A stretch of DNA of 64,000 nt from an uncultured Actinomycetota bacterium (GTDB lineage Bacteria > Actinomycetota > Actinomycetes > JAHEKZ01). This document shows positions 61,858 to 64,000 of this stretch, one piece after another. A model generated the notes under the pieces. That model was not told the DNA's origin. It saw only the letters and a program-made list of their open reading frames with translations, and ran no database searches. The stretch covers positions 256,001 to 320,000 of the forward strand of contig CAVQYR010000002.1 of assembly GCA_963718235.1 (NCBI GenBank), given 5' to 3'. Position numbers and translations under genes: made by a program. Numbering within the stretch: the first letter of the stretch is position 1; the number at the start of each line of letters is the position of its first letter.

Positions 61858-63083
61858 GGTGCCGAGCCTACGGCGTCTGGGTCGACCCGGACGTCGAAGG
61901 ATCCCACCGACACCCGCACGTGCAGCGCCTCGCCGGAGGTGACCGTCGTCGCGCTGCGCACCACGGCGCCGTCGGCTCGCTGCACCACCGCGTAACCGCG
62001 AGCCAGGGTTGCCGCAGGTGACAGGGCGCGCACTCGTGCTGTGGCGTGACGCAGGTCGTCGACCGCCCGGTCGATGTGGGTGCTGGTGTGTTGGCGGGAC
62101 CGCCGCAGGAGGTCGTCGACCAGCTCCTGGCGCCGGGTGACCAAGACGTGCGGATCGGCGAGCACGGGTCGATCGACGAGCTGCCGCACCCCGCTCGTCT
62201 CCCGATCGAGTCGATCTGCGACCACGCGACGCAGCCGGCTCGTGGCTGCGTCGAGTGAGGACTGCTGCTCGGCGACGTCGGGGACGATGCGTCGCGCCGC
62301 GTCGGTGGGGGTGGAGGCCCTGACGTCGGCCACGAGGTCCAGCAGGGGGGTGTCCGGCTCGTGGCCGATCGCGCTCACGACCGGGGTTGCGCAGCGCGCC
62401 ACGACCCGGACCAGCTGCTCGTCGGAGAACGGCAGCAGGTCCTCGACCGATCCTCCTCCTCGGGCGATCACGATCACGTCGACGGCATGGTCTCGGTCGA
62501 GCCGCTTGACCGCCTCGCTCACCGCGCTGACGGCGGTAGGGCCCTGGACGGCCACCTCCTCGACCCGGAACCGGATGGCCGGCCACCGCCGTCGGGCGTT
62601 CTCGACCACGTCGCGCTCGGCCGCGCTCGCTCGTCCGCACACCAGGCCGACGGTTCGGGGCACGAACGGAAGCCGGCGTTTGCGCTCGACCGCGAACAGC
62701 CCCTCGGCGGCCAGCATCGCCTTCACCTGTTCCAGGCGGGCGAGCAGCTCGCCCAGCCCCACCGGACGGATCTCCCGGGCGGACAGTGAGAGGGTGCCCC
62801 GGGCCAGGTAGAAGTCGGGTCGGGCGTGCACCACCACCCGAGCCCCCTCCAGCAAGGGCGGCACCGCGCGCTCCAGCACCTGACGCGGAGCCGTGACACT
62901 CAGCGAGACCTCCGCGGCGGTGTCCCGAAGCGTGAGGAAGACCATCGACGCACCCGGTCGCCGACTGATCTGGGTGAGCTGCCCCTCGACCCAGATCGGG
63001 CCGAGCCGGCCGACCCACTGGCTGATGGCATGAGCCACGGTGCGAACCGGTGCTGGCTGCTCGGCGGAGGTGTCCAGGCCCAT
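61854..63083 (-). CDS. xseA: Exodeoxyribonuclease VII large subunit
   Basis: [38 protein letters not shown]. Confidence 0.96.
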   Translation of the reverse strand: MGLDTSAEQPAPVRTVAHAISQWVGRLGPIWVEGQLTQISRRPGASMVFLTLRDTAAEVSLSVTAPRQVLERAVPPLLEGARVVVHARPDFYLARGTLSLSAREIRPVGLGELLARLEQVKAMLAAEGLFAVERKRRLPFVPRTVGLVCGRASAAERDVVENARRRWPAIRFRVEEVAVQGPTAVSAVSEAVKRLDRDHAVDVIVIARGGGSVEDLLPFSDEQLVRVVARCATPVVSAIGHEPDTPLLDLVADVRASTPTDAARRIVPDVAEQQSSLDAATSRLRRVVADRLDRETSGVRQLVDRPVLADPHVLVTRRQELVDDLLRRSRQHTSTHIDRAVDDLRHATARVRALSPAATLARGYAVVQRADGAVVRSATTVTSGEALHVRVSVGSFDVRVDPDAVGSAP

Positions 63084-63142
63084 CCGTGGAGCGTAGGCGC
63101 CTTCGACCGGCAGCAGTGGTTCACCCCGCCTACGATGGGCAG

Positions 63143-64000
63143 ATGCCCGAGTCCTTACCGCCGACGCCGGTCCGCCGGGTGCTTCTGGCTGCCCCGCGGG
63201 GCTACTGCGCAGGCGTCGACCGGGCCGTGATCACTGTCGAGCAGGCGCTGGAGCTCTACGGACCTCCCATCTACGTGCGTAAGCAGATCGTCCACAACCG
63301 CCACGTGGTCGAGGACCTCGAGGCGAAGGGTGCGGTCTTCGTCGAGGAGACCGACGAGGTTCCGGAGGGTGCCACCGTGGTGTTCTCCGCCCACGGAGTG
63401 GCTCCCGTCGTACACGAAGAAGCCGAAGCCCGACACCTGAAAACGATCGACGCGACGTGTCCCCTGGTCACCAAGGTGCACTACGAGGCGCGCCGGTTCG
63501 CAGCCGAGGACTTCGACATTGTGCTCATCGGCCACGAGGGGCACGAGGAGGTGGTCGGGACGACGGGGGAGGCCCCGGCGAACATCACCCTGGTCGACAG
63601 CCCCGCCGACGCGGCCACGGTCGAGGTGCGCGACCCGGACAAGGTGGCCTGGCTGTCCCAGACGACGCTGTCGGTCGACGAGACCATGGCCACCGTCGGT
63701 GCGTTGCGCGAGCGGTTCCCGAACCTGCTCGACCCGCCGAGCGACGACATCTGTTACGCCACTCAGAACCGCCAGCAGGCGGTGAAGGAGATCGCCTCGG
63801 CCTCCGACCTGCTCATCGTCGTGGGCTCGGGCAACTCGTCGAACTCGGTGCGTCTCGTCGAGGTGGCCCTGGAGGCCGGTGCGCGCGCGGCGTACCGCGT
63901 CGACAACGCCAGCGAGCTCGACCCTGACTGGCTCGTCGACGTGAGCACCGTGGGGGTCACTAGCGGCGCGTCGGTTCCGGAGAGTCTGGTCACCGGGGTG
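63143..64000 (+). CDS. ispH: 4-hydroxy-3-methylbut-2-enyl diphosphate reductase (3' truncated by window; absent from the ORF track)
   Basis: Manual translation: [58 protein letters not shown]. Confidence 0.96.
   Translation, partial: MPESLPPTPVRRVLLAAPRGYCAGVDRAVITVEQALELYGPPIYVRKQIVHNRHVVEDLEAKGAVFVEETDEVPEGATVVFSAHGVAPVVHEEAEARHLKTIDATCPLVTKVHYEARRFAAEDFDIVLIGHEGHEEVVGTTGEAPANITLVDSPADAATVEVRDPDKVAWLSQTTLSVDETMATVGALRERFPNLLDPPSDDICYATQNRQQAVKEIASASDLLIVVGSGNSSNSVRLVEVALEAGARAAYRVDNASELDPDWLVDVSTVGVTSGASVPESLVTGV

Noticed and set aside
61858-63018. Long ORF ending in XseB, suggesting an extended small subunit
   Set aside because: Alternative frame of xseA; xseB starts at the GTGA overlap (61857)

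Overview
High-GC actinobacterial chromosome segment made mostly of conserved core genes. The order is mfd, lipoprotein, mazG, eno, ftsB/divIC, DUF501/ppx, ndh, tRNA-Leu(UAA), SGNH hydrolase, cbs, metB, greA, mca, DUF255, cis-prenyltransferase, phoH2, fumarases, glpX, xseBA, ispH. This resembles the order I recall for the M. tuberculosis Rv1020-Rv1110 region. Accessory genes are interleaved: an MFS-cNMP fusion, an orphan chemoreceptor, an ECF sigma/anti-sigma pair, a DUF222-HNH element, an orphan GlmL-like ATPase, AAA+/vWA and FIST genes, a sulfatase and a mod operon. I saw no CRISPR array, integrase, transposase or prophage. Notable observations: (1) an in-frame DUF501-Ppx fusion; (2) an identical bipartite motif in front of both the ECF sigma gene and its anti-sigma gene; (3) a PafBC-type promoter plus a perfect LexA box on the HNH gene; (4) three phased octamer repeats before an uncharacterised ribbon-helix-helix-like gene; (5) triple operator-like palindromes before ndh; (6) a structured phoH2 leader with competing hairpins; (7) two single-base frameshifts. 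All product calls come from motif recognition by eye; no database searches were run.
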